A program made the translations under genes and the position numbers. The notes under the pieces are model-generated. The model searched no databases, was not told the origin of the DNA, and was given only the letters and a program-made list of their open reading frames with translations. From a virus (Duplodnaviria > Caudoviricetes): a DNA stretch of 26,165 nt. Where the stretch lies: positions 1-26,165 of the IMG/VR virus record IMGVR_UViG_3300031566_000313. One strand, 5' to 3'. Below, piece by piece: positions 1 to 9,394 of this stretch. Each line of letters opens with the position of its first letter. Within the stretch, counting starts at the first letter, position 1.

Positions 1-4
1 AATA

Positions 5-535
5 TTATTTTTCATTAACAATTGTTTTTATTTCCTTATAGTATGCATCGGTGTATTTAACTGATTTAATTTCCCAACTATCAACATCTTCTTTGGTAAA
101 TATCCAGTAATTGGCTGTTGTTGTGTCTGTACCATTATTGGGATTCATTAGTGGTTGTACAAACCAGTAATGTGTGATGTTTTTATTTTTTTCATGAGCG
201 TCTTTATTCACTAATAAATCAGGTGCTCCATCTTTAATTGCCTTCACATCAATTCTCAGGTCTTCTCCGATAAAAATATCAGCACTTCCCACTGGTTTAT
301 TTGAAAGGATTTCACTATATCTAAAAGAAATATCGTTTTGAAACAAGAAATTCTGAACAGCTAATTCACCCTTAATTCCAAGGATGTTAACGAATTCACT
401 TAAATCACCTCTTTTATATTTGGGGTTTTTCAGATTTAACTCCACATTATATAAATCACGGAGTTTACCCATATAAATAGACACAACATTTATATAATCA
501 GGATATTTGATTACACCAAATTTATTGAATTTCAT
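5..535 (-). CDS. PD-(D/E)XK restriction-endonuclease-fold protein
   Basis: 176 aa; GIKGELAV helix, then SADIFI...RIDVKA (GxxGE...D...DxK catalytic pattern); has its own host-type promoter. Confidence 0.6.
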   Translation of the reverse strand: MKFNKFGVIKYPDYINVVSIYMGKLRDLYNVELNLKNPKYKRGDLSEFVNILGIKGELAVQNFLFQNDISFRYSEILSNKPVGSADIFIGEDLRIDVKAIKDGAPDLLVNKDAHEKNKNITHYWFVQPLMNPNNGTDTTTANYWIFTKEDVDSWEIKSVKYTDAYYKEIKTIVNEK

Positions 536-559
536 ATTATCTACAGTTTAATGCAACTG

Positions 560-590
560 CAAACTTAATGATTTAAAACCGGAAAGACAA
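560..590 (-). promoter_or_regulatory. Bacteroidota housekeeping-sigma promoter (-33 TTG / -7 TAAGTTTG)
   Basis: Minus strand TTG(590-588)-N20-TAAGTTTG(567-560), 24 nt upstream of the nuclease ATG. Confidence 0.6.
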
Positions 591-596
591 GGATTT

Positions 597-908
597 TTAA
601 GTTTTAAACAGCTTAAGTGCCGAGTCGTAATCGGTCTTGGCTCTGATTAGTGGAAACGGAATTCGAATTAATGCGTTATCCGGTATATCAAATTCTGTAA
701 GATAGATATTATTTGCATATAAAATCAGGAAATCATAAAAAGGATTTCCATAATATTTCATGCTTAATTTATCTAATCTACTGAAATTCGTGTTCCAGTA
801 CTCATACTTATCGCTCACACTAATACTTATGTTGATAAATGGCATCATATTGATTGTACCATTATCATTTTTTAGTGGCTGATATCTATCGTAATCTTTA
901 TATGGCAT
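597..908 (-). CDS. Baseplate wedge protein, LysM-like (T4 gp53 / P2 gpX-like)
   Basis: 103 aa; RLDKLSMKYYGNPFYDFLILYAN...DIPDNALIRIP pattern; overlaps the stop of the upstream baseplate gene. Confidence 0.7.
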   Translation of the reverse strand: MPYKDYDRYQPLKNDNGTINMMPFINISISVSDKYEYWNTNFSRLDKLSMKYYGNPFYDFLILYANNIYLTEFDIPDNALIRIPFPLIRAKTDYDSALKLFKT

Positions 909-3900
909 TATTTATCTCCTTCTCTTAATTTATATGGTTCTGTTTGTAAATACGCAGCAGTTAATGTATCACTTTTTTTAGTTAGAATACCCTTAATATA
1001 ACTAGCTTGTTTACTTGCTTCTTCTGCTGGTCTATTATACAGACCCTTATCTGTGAAATTTGAATTCGCATAATAATTGAACGTAGTTGCGTTCTGAAGT
1101 GCATCAATTGGTCCCTTAAGTGATTGACCACCTATTAACTTCATCTGTAACGTTACCTTGGCAATCATGGGTTGCATACCAAAACCTTCCGGGTTCATAT
1201 CCCAAGTCGTATCATTATAGTCGATAGTAACGTTTTCAATAACTACTTTCGTGTGGAAGAAATCACCAACCCTTAAAATACAAATCGGTTGTTTTCCGAA
1301 AACACTGTTTCTTGCTCTAAGTGTTCCATATTGGTCCGCTTTCATGTCGTAACGCTTCGCAGAACCCTGTCTGGTACATTGTTGTAAGAAAGTCAGTCTT
1401 CGATGGAAATCTTCGGGTGTTTGACTATGAAATAACGGATAATATTTATCACCACTTATTGATTCAAAACCCTCTAAAATTGCTCTATCTCTTTGATTTA
1501 AAACATTATCATTCACAACATTAAGTTGTTTTGCTGTTTTAATTTTTAATTCCAATACCTGAATTTGTCTCTGAATTTCAGCAAGGTCATCTTTTTGTTT
1601 CTGATTTGTATCTTGTACTTTATTTTCAACACCTTTAGTACTTCTTTCAATCGCTATTGTTGCACTTCTTTCTTCTTTAACGCTTTTTTCATGCATATTA
1701 ACTGACAAAGCACCAGCATCACTATTACCCGCACTACCAGTACTAGTCACTTCTATTATTTCGATGTCACTAACATTTAAATCGGGAAACATTGCCGTTA
1801 ATCTGCTTCGAATCAGTTTTGCTGCTGCTCGAACACGTCTGTTACCAAGTGCTTCGTTATAGGCTTTCTCGTTAGCACTTAAATATAGTTTCGATGCCTC
1901 ACCAGTAATGGTAATTTTATAATATTTTCTATTATCGGGATTACTATAGATATCAAATAAATCCTTATTTAAAGTACTAAAACCTATTTGGTCAATAGTA
2001 CCTACAGAATTATATTGGTCTGAAATACCAGTTAATCCGAATCCGGTAATTACAGAAGTTCCAGTAAGACCTGTTCTAAAGTATATATTACCATTTAATC
2101 CAAAACCATTTCCATCCTGTGCTGATTCCAAACCAGTAATAATTTCGTAATGATTTGGATTATCATACATGGTTTGGATAATCGTATCGACTTCGCTTTC
2201 AGTTGGTCTGTCATTTTGGAAGAAAATAGTAACAGGTTTTCTTTTTATTGGTGCAGGTTCTGCTTGGTCAACCGGACCTTCGATTTCCGGTTTTTGATTT
2301 TCAAGGTCTTGGATTTGTTTTTCCCAGATATCAATATTTGCTGCATCAGGTAATGCCTCACCACCAAATGCGAAGAAGTCCGCAATCACTTTATTTCTAT
2401 CCTCACCCCTTAAATATTTATTTCTTAGTTGTTCAGGATAATCAATAAGTAAGGTAAAAGCAAGAACAGCCGTTCTTTCTGAATTCATGTAGTTATACAT
2501 TGGTTCATTTCTACCAACCATAACAGTTGACTCGTATTTAGCTATTGCTACTTCATTAATTTGTATATCATATGGTGGGAACCACATCTGTCGTCCACCA
2601 AACTGACCAACTTCACTTAATGGAATGGCTGTTGCATATTCATCATCAATAACACCATATGTTTCTCTTTTAATTGTACCAATAGCAAGATTTTCGATAC
2701 TAAACATCAGGTTCTTGTTATCAAGTACACCATTTTGCATAGTTGGGTGAATTCTAGGTAAAACTGTTTTATTAACCACAGATTCCGTTGGACCTTTATA
2801 CACATAATTACCTTTAAATCTAATTGACTTAGTAAAATTATCATATGGGTCTAAAACCGTGTGTTGTCTCACTCCGGTCTTATTAGCGTTTAGACTTGCT
2901 CTTGAATACGTGGTATTATTTCCTCTCCAAAGTGGAGAACCGTTGAACCCAACATAATTATCACCGTCTTTAAATACTTTTCTTGTTATGTCAACAAAGT
3001 TACCTTCACTTGCATTTAATAGATTTCTAGTATATTCCAATAATCCGGTTTTTATATTTAATTCACTAAATATTTGATTATCAGGATTGTCATTCATTGA
3101 ATCGTCATCACCACGCAGATTACTAATATATGTTGTTGCTTCAGTACCCAGACCATCTCTACCCCAAACCAACCTCTTATCACTATTATCTTCAGTAAAT
3201 ATTGATTTTAAACCAACCTGATTATCGATTTCAGTTCTATCAGCATCTGGTTTCACGACATCACCAAAATTATCTTTAATATATTGATAATATGGGGCGT
3301 ATTCCTGAACAGTTCCACCACTCCCAAGATAACTCGACACCATATTTGCATTTGCATTCGCTATTGCAGTTGTTGGGTTGATAGTTAACGGTCTTCTAAA
3401 ATATGGACTCTCTCGGTAATCCATGAAATTAAAGAATGTTCTACCGTTTGCAATTACAGTATTATTTGATGATAATAATGGAACACCAACCTCTTCACTA
3501 TGCTCACGCAACACGGTAGTATAATTATCATTTCGTTCCGGGTTAATGGGTTTATATGGATTCATATTAACTGCCTGAAAGAAACGTGTTAATTGTGCTT
3601 GACCAGTATTTTTTATATAATCTCCGGGTGTCGGGTTTTTTGTAAACGGATTGGCATCACCAAATACATCATATGTTTCGATTCCCAGATATTTATTAGC
3701 AAATCCACCAATCTTTTCTAAAAAAGTTTTGTCGGCACTATCTTTTACAGTAACGGTCCAATCCTTATTTCTCTTAAAAATACCTTTCAAATTACCTTTA
3801 AGTGCCTGAGATATATCAATACTTGGGAGAAATTCGGTTGCTAAATTACTTGCCGAATTATACGCCATTTGTTTACCCAACATAACCAAACCTATTCTTG

Positions 3901-4180
3901 CAAGTGCTGACTGGTCACTTCCAAAAGCATCAATTGTGTTGAATACAATATTTGCACTGGTGTTAAGACGGTTGTATTGAGGAATAACGTTTAATATCGT
4001 TGATATACTACTGGCAACATTACTTTCATTATTTTTTGAAAATAAACTCGTGTTTTCATACTCATTATAAGCATTATATAAATTACGAGCAGATATCATA
4101 CTTCGATATTCTTCAATGGGAATATACCCACCTTTATAATAGATGTCACCGGATGATAATCTTGAAGGTTCGTCAGCCAT
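908..4180 (-). CDS. Large baseplate / tail-tube-initiator protein with inserted OmpA-like domain
   Basis: 1090 aa; tube-initiator-like motifs FPPYD..GRNEPMYNYMNSERT and PICILRVGDFFHTKVVIENVTIDY..WD..PMIAKVTL; OmpA-like ITGEAS..YNEALGNRR between them; lies between the tape measure and LysM-like genes. Confidence 0.6.
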   Translation of the reverse strand: MADEPSRLSSGDIYYKGGYIPIEEYRSMISARNLYNAYNEYENTSLFSKNNESNVASSISTILNVIPQYNRLNTSANIVFNTIDAFGSDQSALARIGLVMLGKQMAYNSASNLATEFLPSIDISQALKGNLKGIFKRNKDWTVTVKDSADKTFLEKIGGFANKYLGIETYDVFGDANPFTKNPTPGDYIKNTGQAQLTRFFQAVNMNPYKPINPERNDNYTTVLREHSEEVGVPLLSSNNTVIANGRTFFNFMDYRESPYFRRPLTINPTTAIANANANMVSSYLGSGGTVQEYAPYYQYIKDNFGDVVKPDADRTEIDNQVGLKSIFTEDNSDKRLVWGRDGLGTEATTYISNLRGDDDSMNDNPDNQIFSELNIKTGLLEYTRNLLNASEGNFVDITRKVFKDGDNYVGFNGSPLWRGNNTTYSRASLNANKTGVRQHTVLDPYDNFTKSIRFKGNYVYKGPTESVVNKTVLPRIHPTMQNGVLDNKNLMFSIENLAIGTIKRETYGVIDDEYATAIPLSEVGQFGGRQMWFPPYDIQINEVAIAKYESTVMVGRNEPMYNYMNSERTAVLAFTLLIDYPEQLRNKYLRGEDRNKVIADFFAFGGEALPDAANIDIWEKQIQDLENQKPEIEGPVDQAEPAPIKRKPVTIFFQNDRPTESEVDTIIQTMYDNPNHYEIITGLESAQDGNGFGLNGNIYFRTGLTGTSVITGFGLTGISDQYNSVGTIDQIGFSTLNKDLFDIYSNPDNRKYYKITITGEASKLYLSANEKAYNEALGNRRVRAAAKLIRSRLTAMFPDLNVSDIEIIEVTSTGSAGNSDAGALSVNMHEKSVKEERSATIAIERSTKGVENKVQDTNQKQKDDLAEIQRQIQVLELKIKTAKQLNVVNDNVLNQRDRAILEGFESISGDKYYPLFHSQTPEDFHRRLTFLQQCTRQGSAKRYDMKADQYGTLRARNSVFGKQPICILRVGDFFHTKVVIENVTIDYNDTTWDMNPEGFGMQPMIAKVTLQMKLIGGQSLKGPIDALQNATTFNYYANSNFTDKGLYNRPAEEASKQASYIKGILTKKSDTLTAAYLQTEPYKLREGDK

Positions 4181-4195
4181 TAATAACTTTTTTTA

Positions 4196-4203
4196 ATAAA
4201 TAC
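4196..4203 (-). promoter_or_regulatory. Putative phage late promoter GTATTTAT
   Basis: Recurrent motif, 15 nt upstream of ATG 4180. Confidence 0.65.
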
Positions 4204-4410
4204 TTGCAGATTAATTTTGAAATACCTATTTTTACCTTGGGAAAATACGGACAATCCCCAAAAACGTGATAATATTCTTTTATATCAAAACATTATTGGG
4301 TTATGAATAGCAAGTTTATTGAATTTCTCTATTTAATTAGAATATTAGATAGTCTATTTTATTTCGTCAGAAATAAACATAACTATCCCATAATGTCGAG
4401 ATTTTTCTTA

Positions 4411-4464
4411 GATTCGCAGAAGTTAAGAACCAAACTTGTGACTTTGTTGATTGATTCGCAGAAG
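4411..4464. repeat. 12-bp direct repeat GATTCGCAGAAG x2
   Basis: Exact copies at 4411-4422 and 4453-4464 in a 379-bp non-coding gap. Confidence 0.7.
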
Positions 4465-4559
4465 CGATAAAGAGTTTGTGAACTTGAGAAAAAACTTTTC
4501 AAAGTTACAAAAAATAAATGACAATTCCTAGTATTTTTCAGAAATCAGATAAAAAAAAA

Positions 4560-7088
4560 TTATCTTCCCTTTCCAATTCTTAGACTTTCTTGCATTTGGA
4601 TTGCAATTTCTGGGTCATATATTTTACGCATGAATGTTGTTTTATCGATATCTAGTGTAATATCGTTATGTAGCATAACATTACCCTTTGCAAATTCGAC
4701 TTGAAGTGGTTTTCTCAATAGTCTTGCAAGGTCTGCAAGCATTCCACCACCTTTGGTATTCATATTCGATATACTTTCAACGGCATTTTGAACCGCAATA
4801 AAATCATCTCTACTACCGGACATAACTGTTTGAATATTTTGAAATGCTGCACCTACTTTTACGAGGTCATCAGCATGTTTTCCGATTTTACTAATAGCAA
4901 AACCCAGACCTATTGCAGCAGGGAGGGCAATTGTTGCTGTTGTTAGGACTGCCATCATTCCCGCTAAACCCGCAGTAACTTCACCAATATTTTCAACACC
5001 TTTTATTGAATCAAATAATGTGGCGAATCCTTTTGCCATGAATCCAATTCCACCAGCAGCAATACCAATAGCACCACCCATCATTAATAAAGCAGCACCT
5101 AAAGCCAAAAGTGGAATTGCTGCTGGTGCTGCTACCGCAGCTACAATACCAATACCAATTGCTGCAAGTGGAAATGTAACAGCTAATGTCATAGCGATAC
5201 TTTTTAGAATTTCTGCTTGTTCTGGTGTTAATTTACTCATTGAATCAGCAAGTTTAGATATTCCGACAGCAGCTAATCCAACACCTGCACCCATACCGAC
5301 AGCAGCAGCACCAATAGCACCACCAGTAGCCAGACTTTTCATTCCTTTTGCTTTATGGAGTCCAGCAGCACCTTTACGAATTTGACCAGTTCCGGTGTAA
5401 TCCGCTCCACGCCCAATTATAGCACCACCAGCACTCTTTCCAGCAGCAGAACCCTTTCCACCTAACATACCACCTAAGAAACCTTTTCCACCACCTTCAG
5501 CAATCCATTTTGTTCCTAATCTACCTAATCCACTGGTGACACCTTTCCATAAAAGTCCAGCACTCATTAATGCAGCAGCAGCCGTAACAGCACCACCCCA
5601 TCCTTTAGCAGCAAAATTAGCGATTGGTTTCATGAATTTATCAAGCATCCAATTAACTCCTTTTAATAATGGAAGTAATGCCGATTTTAGAATTTCGATG
5701 GTTGCTTTGAATGTTTCATCGAATGTCATAGCCTCAGTTGCACGGTCTTTCAATAAAAGTTGTTCTGTTTTAAATGCCTTGGCTTGGTCTTTTGTTAATT
5801 CACCTATATTTAACATGGTTTCACCAAGTTGGACTTGGAATTTTCCTGCTTTCTGGTCCCATAGCGCAGCACCTTCAATAACTTCTTTTTGTTCAGCACT
5901 TAATCCCAGACCACTCATTTGTTGACGCATTTTCTGTACTTCAGCCTGTCTTTCAGCAATTACTACCATCGAACCCGCTTCCATATTCAATGATTTCTCA
6001 ACAGCAAACATTCTATCACGGTCAGCAGGACTGATGAATTTTTCCATAACACCTTCTGAATTTTTTCTGAAGGTCACAAGACCTTTAGTCATATCAGCAA
6101 GTTTTTCCTGCATTTTTGCCGGGTCATTACGACCAAGATATAAGAGTTCAAAAGGGTCGGTTTTAGCAAATTCACCACCCATAACTTGTAATTGTGCTGA
6201 TAAGTCAATTGCACCTTCAAGAGTACGTGCAACATCAGCAGCATTCAGTGCATCTCCGATATCAATTTTAAATTTTTCGGCATACATTGCCATTTGAGCA
6301 AAACCCTTAACACCTTGTTGGAAAGTATATGTGTTTAATTTTTTGAAATTATCGTTAACATTTTTCAGAACCTTCGTAGTATTAACACCCATTCTTTCGC
6401 TAGTATCCACGACACCTTGAACATAATCTACCATTCCTTTAGCACTATACCCCATTAGTTCGAATTGTGCTCCGAGTCTGGTTGCTTCAGCAATTCCGAG
6501 ACCAGTACCTTTACCAATATCGGTAATGTCTTGAACCATCTCTGCCGTCATAACACGAGCACGACCAGTTTCATCAGCATAACCCTGCATTACACCTTGA
6601 ATGTCACCAATAGTTCCACCTAATCTTAAAACGTATTTCGAAGATTTTTCAAAAGCGTCACGCATCATGACGGCTTTATTTCCACTCATACCGAGATTAA
6701 GATTAGTAGTTTTTATAATCTTATCTTGCTCTTGTAGATATTTCCAACCAATTTTTAATTGAGCACCTAATTCTTTGGCGAGATTGACTTGTCTCGTTCT
6801 CCTTTTAATACCTTCATCAAGTTGTTTATTAAGGTCTTTTTCGGTTTTAACTAGTTGTTGCTGTTCGACTTGAAGTTTCTCGATTTGTGCAATATTATCA
6901 ATACCTTTGTCGAGTTGTTCTTTTTTTAAATCAGTGATGACTTTTTCGTAGTTACTAATCTTTTCACCAAGAAGTGCTCTTTCTCTATCGACATCATTAG
7001 TCGATTTAGCCAAATCAAGCTGTTTCTGAATTGAATCGTTTAAAAGTTTAAGATTTTTTATTCTATCTGCTGAGTCACCAGTTGCCAT
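4560..7088 (-). CDS. Tail tape measure protein
   Basis: 842 aa; N-terminal coiled coil, helical Ala/Gly/Lys-rich body, hydrophobic GA-rich C-terminal segments; directly downstream of a frameshifted chaperone gene. Confidence 0.85.
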   Translation of the reverse strand: MATGDSADRIKNLKLLNDSIQKQLDLAKSTNDVDRERALLGEKISNYEKVITDLKKEQLDKGIDNIAQIEKLQVEQQQLVKTEKDLNKQLDEGIKRRTRQVNLAKELGAQLKIGWKYLQEQDKIIKTTNLNLGMSGNKAVMMRDAFEKSSKYVLRLGGTIGDIQGVMQGYADETGRARVMTAEMVQDITDIGKGTGLGIAEATRLGAQFELMGYSAKGMVDYVQGVVDTSERMGVNTTKVLKNVNDNFKKLNTYTFQQGVKGFAQMAMYAEKFKIDIGDALNAADVARTLEGAIDLSAQLQVMGGEFAKTDPFELLYLGRNDPAKMQEKLADMTKGLVTFRKNSEGVMEKFISPADRDRMFAVEKSLNMEAGSMVVIAERQAEVQKMRQQMSGLGLSAEQKEVIEGAALWDQKAGKFQVQLGETMLNIGELTKDQAKAFKTEQLLLKDRATEAMTFDETFKATIEILKSALLPLLKGVNWMLDKFMKPIANFAAKGWGGAVTAAAALMSAGLLWKGVTSGLGRLGTKWIAEGGGKGFLGGMLGGKGSAAGKSAGGAIIGRGADYTGTGQIRKGAAGLHKAKGMKSLATGGAIGAAAVGMGAGVGLAAVGISKLADSMSKLTPEQAEILKSIAMTLAVTFPLAAIGIGIVAAVAAPAAIPLLALGAALLMMGGAIGIAAGGIGFMAKGFATLFDSIKGVENIGEVTAGLAGMMAVLTTATIALPAAIGLGFAISKIGKHADDLVKVGAAFQNIQTVMSGSRDDFIAVQNAVESISNMNTKGGGMLADLARLLRKPLQVEFAKGNVMLHNDITLDIDKTTFMRKIYDPEIAIQMQESLRIGKGR

Positions 7089-7107
7089 TTTTATTTCCGT
7101 GTTTTAT

Positions 7108-7115
7108 ATAAATAC
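7108..7115 (-). promoter_or_regulatory. Putative phage late promoter GTATTTAT
   Basis: 19 nt upstream of the tape measure ATG. Confidence 0.65.
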
Positions 7116-7145
7116 AAAAGACCGAGTTTTTTACTGTCCCGGTCT
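7116..7145 (-). terminator. Probable intrinsic terminator after the chaperone extension ORF
   Basis: Minus-strand stem AGACCGGG/CUCGGUCU (one G-U pair) followed by a U run; the stop codon lies in the loop. Confidence 0.5.
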
Positions 7146-7310
7146 AAAGTTATTTTTGTTTCGTGCCTTCTCATGCATTTTCTCAATCTCATCATTCTCT
7201 TTTTCTAAGAGAAATAAGAAATGTCGTCTACGATATATTGGTAATTTTTCTACATAATCTGCTTGAAACTTAGCGTGTTTGGTCAGGATGTAGATTTCCT
7301 CATCGACCAT
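7131..7310 (-). CDS. Tail assembly chaperone C-terminal extension (gpT-like / gp51-like), 59 aa, not in ORF track
   Basis: MVDEEIYILTKHAKFQADYVEKLPIYRRRHFLFLLEKENDEIEKMHEKARNKNNFRPGQ*; frame stays open back through the T9 slippery site in the -1 frame of the upstream gene. Confidence 0.75.
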   Translation of the reverse strand: MVDEEIYILTKHAKFQADYVEKLPIYRRRHFLFLLEKENDEIEKMHEKARNKNNFRPGQ

Positions 7311-7327
7311 TTTTTTGTACTCACCCG

Positions 7328-8263
7328 CTAAGTGTTTGGGAAAAAAAAATCTATCCCTATACTTAAATCAGCTTTAAATTTATAACCATCTTTGGTCTGG
7401 AATTCATAAGCCATATCAACATCAGGACTTACTTCCAGAACTTTTCTACGAATAGTTAAGGCATCCATTGCTGGCATCGCATCAACGAATTTACTAATAT
7501 ATGTTCTATCGGTTTTCTCACCAATACTGACGATATGTGATTTTAATTTAAGTGTACTGTATTCACTAAATTCTTCACCACTAGCATCTTTAAAGGCTTC
7601 GGCTTTTTTAAATAAAATGTTTTCTTCACCACTGGTCAGTAGTTTAAATTTAACAGTTTTCTTACGCATTGGTAATTCAACACTGAAAAACCCATTCTCA
7701 TCAGGTTCTTGACTGACTTTCTTATATTTCAATTTATTTAAATCAACCTTTGTTTTAAATAAAATATTTGTTCTTGGGTCCGGTACTTGTACTGCATAAT
7801 CAGAACCATAACTTGAACTACGAAGGAATAAAATAATAGCACTTCGGTCACCAACCAATAAATCGTTGGCATTAACACCGGGAGTTTTAATTTTTCTTCT
7901 TAACAACACATCGATTACCGTACCATTTTCAATTAAAGATGGTGTGGTTAGAATATCTTCATCTTTCGATGTCATATATTCAACACTAAGTTCTTTAAGC
8001 CCGTTTTTATAAAACTTACCTTTTGATGGTAATTTGATGATTTCATATGAAGTCATTAAATCTGGGTCGGTTTCCTGTGACATTGCTGCTTGATAATCAT
8101 GAGGATTAAAACTACTAGCTGCTGGTACTGCATCAGTCATTACCTGTTGTGGTGATGGAGGTGCTAATGGAGTTTTTTCAGTACCGTGTATTTTTTTGTA
8201 TTCATTTAATACGTCTCCAATCGGTCTTTTCTCAGGGACTTGTTCTTGATTCTGGTTTTCCAT
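7328..8263 (-). CDS. Tail assembly chaperone / baseplate hub assembly protein (T4 gp26-like)
   Basis: 311 aa; LPSKGKFY, MTSKDEDIL, LLVGDRSAIILFLR, LPMRKKTVKFKLLT, ending IDFFFP; upstream of the tape measure gene. Confidence 0.7.
   Translation of the reverse strand: MENQNQEQVPEKRPIGDVLNEYKKIHGTEKTPLAPPSPQQVMTDAVPAASSFNPHDYQAAMSQETDPDLMTSYEIIKLPSKGKFYKNGLKELSVEYMTSKDEDILTTPSLIENGTVIDVLLRRKIKTPGVNANDLLVGDRSAIILFLRSSSYGSDYAVQVPDPRTNILFKTKVDLNKLKYKKVSQEPDENGFFSVELPMRKKTVKFKLLTSGEENILFKKAEAFKDASGEEFSEYSTLKLKSHIVSIGEKTDRTYISKFVDAMPAMDALTIRRKVLEVSPDVDMAYEFQTKDGYKFKADLSIGIDFFFPNT
7340..7349 (-). other. Programmed -1 frameshift slippery site (GAT TTT TTT TTC)
   Basis: T9C run three codons before the stop; the -1 frame reads F-P-K-H-L-A-G-E-Y-K-K-M-V-D... 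to 7131. Confidence 0.7.
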
Positions 8264-8290
8264 GAATTTATAATTTTTTATACTTTTTTA

Positions 8291-8298
8291 ATAAATAC
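8291..8298 (-). promoter_or_regulatory. Putative phage late promoter GTATTTAT
   Basis: 27 nt upstream of ATG 8263. Confidence 0.65.
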
Positions 8299-8372
8299 TC
8301 GAAAAAAAATTTTTTGACATTCAAGATTTTTAATTAAAACTCGTATTACCATATATAAGAATAATTGTTATT

Positions 8373-8660
8373 ATGGAAGAAGAATATAAATTAATTGTGG
8401 TATATGCCGGGGTGCAAGGTATTCGAAGTGAAGATATTGAGGAATTCGTACATAGGCTATCAAAAAGAATCGCACCAACCAGTATAAAAGGTGAGATAAT
8501 TATGATTCCAACACAATCACCGGATACGAGGATTGAATGTATTAATCCAAAATATATCACAGATGCTGAATTACTTAATGAGCATACTGAGATGATGAAA
8601 AAATTAAGAGAACATCTCCAAAATCAGTTGGAGCAAATAAAAGAAGAAAATAATGGGTAA
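8373..8660 (+). CDS. Hypothetical protein
   Basis: 95 aa; first gene of a tightly packed operon, overlapping the next start. Confidence 0.75.
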   Translation: MEEEYKLIVVYAGVQGIRSEDIEEFVHRLSKRIAPTSIKGEIIMIPTQSPDTRIECINPKYITDAELLNEHTEMMKKLREHLQNQLEQIKEENNG

Positions 8661-9393
8661 ATTAAAAGTTGGGATAGATATAAATGAGGTTCTAAGAGCT
8701 AGATGGGCAGCATTTGATAGATTCTATCTTGAAGAATTTGGTGAAGAGAATATGCCAGAAGAAGCAGTTCCATATATATATGATTTCTGGAAAAAGTATA
8801 GTTGGAAAGACACTGTAGAAGAAGTTAAGGAAATGCGTGAACCCGAAGAAACGCCAGACACAATCAATCCAATAGATTATCAGGTTGATGAAAACGGGGA
8901 AGCACCTGCCGATTTTATGTTGTTCAAACCAGCAGAAAAAGTAACACTAACAGCAAGAGAAGTTTATAATAGATTCATGTATGAAGATTATCTGTTTGAA
9001 ATCCACGGAGCAGCACCAAAACTCTATCCCCAATTGGATTTAGACGTAAATAATTTCTTACAAAAGTATGAAGACACCGTAGATTTTACAGTAATATCTA
9101 TTGAAAACCGTTTCAGTATCCCACCAACTCTTTTCTTCCTAAGTAAGATTTCAAGTAGATTTAGAGACTATAAATTTCTCGATAATTCAGTTGATATGTG
9201 GAAACACGTGGATGTCCTAATTACCACAGACCCTGAAATCATAAAACTTGGTGCGCCTTGGGGTAAAAAATTAATTAAATTAAAACGACCATACAACGTA
9301 GATTTAAAAGAAGGTACGCTGGATGCACTACAAGTTGTTGATTTAATCGAAAATAAAGATTTTCAAAAAATAATTAAATATAAAAGTAAATAA
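8653..9393 (+). CDS. HAD-superfamily 5'(3')-nucleotidase-like protein with degenerate motifs
   Basis: VGIDINEVLR (motif I, DxN), DVLITTDP (motif IV lacks DD), KRPYN C-terminal motif typical of NT5C-like proteins. Confidence 0.6.
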   Translation: MGKLKVGIDINEVLRARWAAFDRFYLEEFGEENMPEEAVPYIYDFWKKYSWKDTVEEVKEMREPEETPDTINPIDYQVDENGEAPADFMLFKPAEKVTLTAREVYNRFMYEDYLFEIHGAAPKLYPQLDLDVNNFLQKYEDTVDFTVISIENRFSIPPTLFFLSKISSRFRDYKFLDNSVDMWKHVDVLITTDPEIIKLGAPWGKKLIKLKRPYNVDLKEGTLDALQVVDLIENKDFQKIIKYKSK

Positions 9394-9394
9394 A

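Noticed and set aside
4000-4269. 89-aa plus-strand ORF and other short overlapping ORFs (e.g. 8330..8560, 18311..18559, 21564..21788)
   Set aside because: They overlap better-supported genes or promoter regions and show no recognisable protein character
4411-4464. Mini-CRISPR interpretation of the 12-bp repeat pair
   Set aside because: Only two copies and far too short for CRISPR repeats
5020-6297. Plus-strand ORFs 5020..5385, 5536..5925 and 6034..6297
   Set aside because: Antisense shadows of the Ala/Gly-rich tape measure gene
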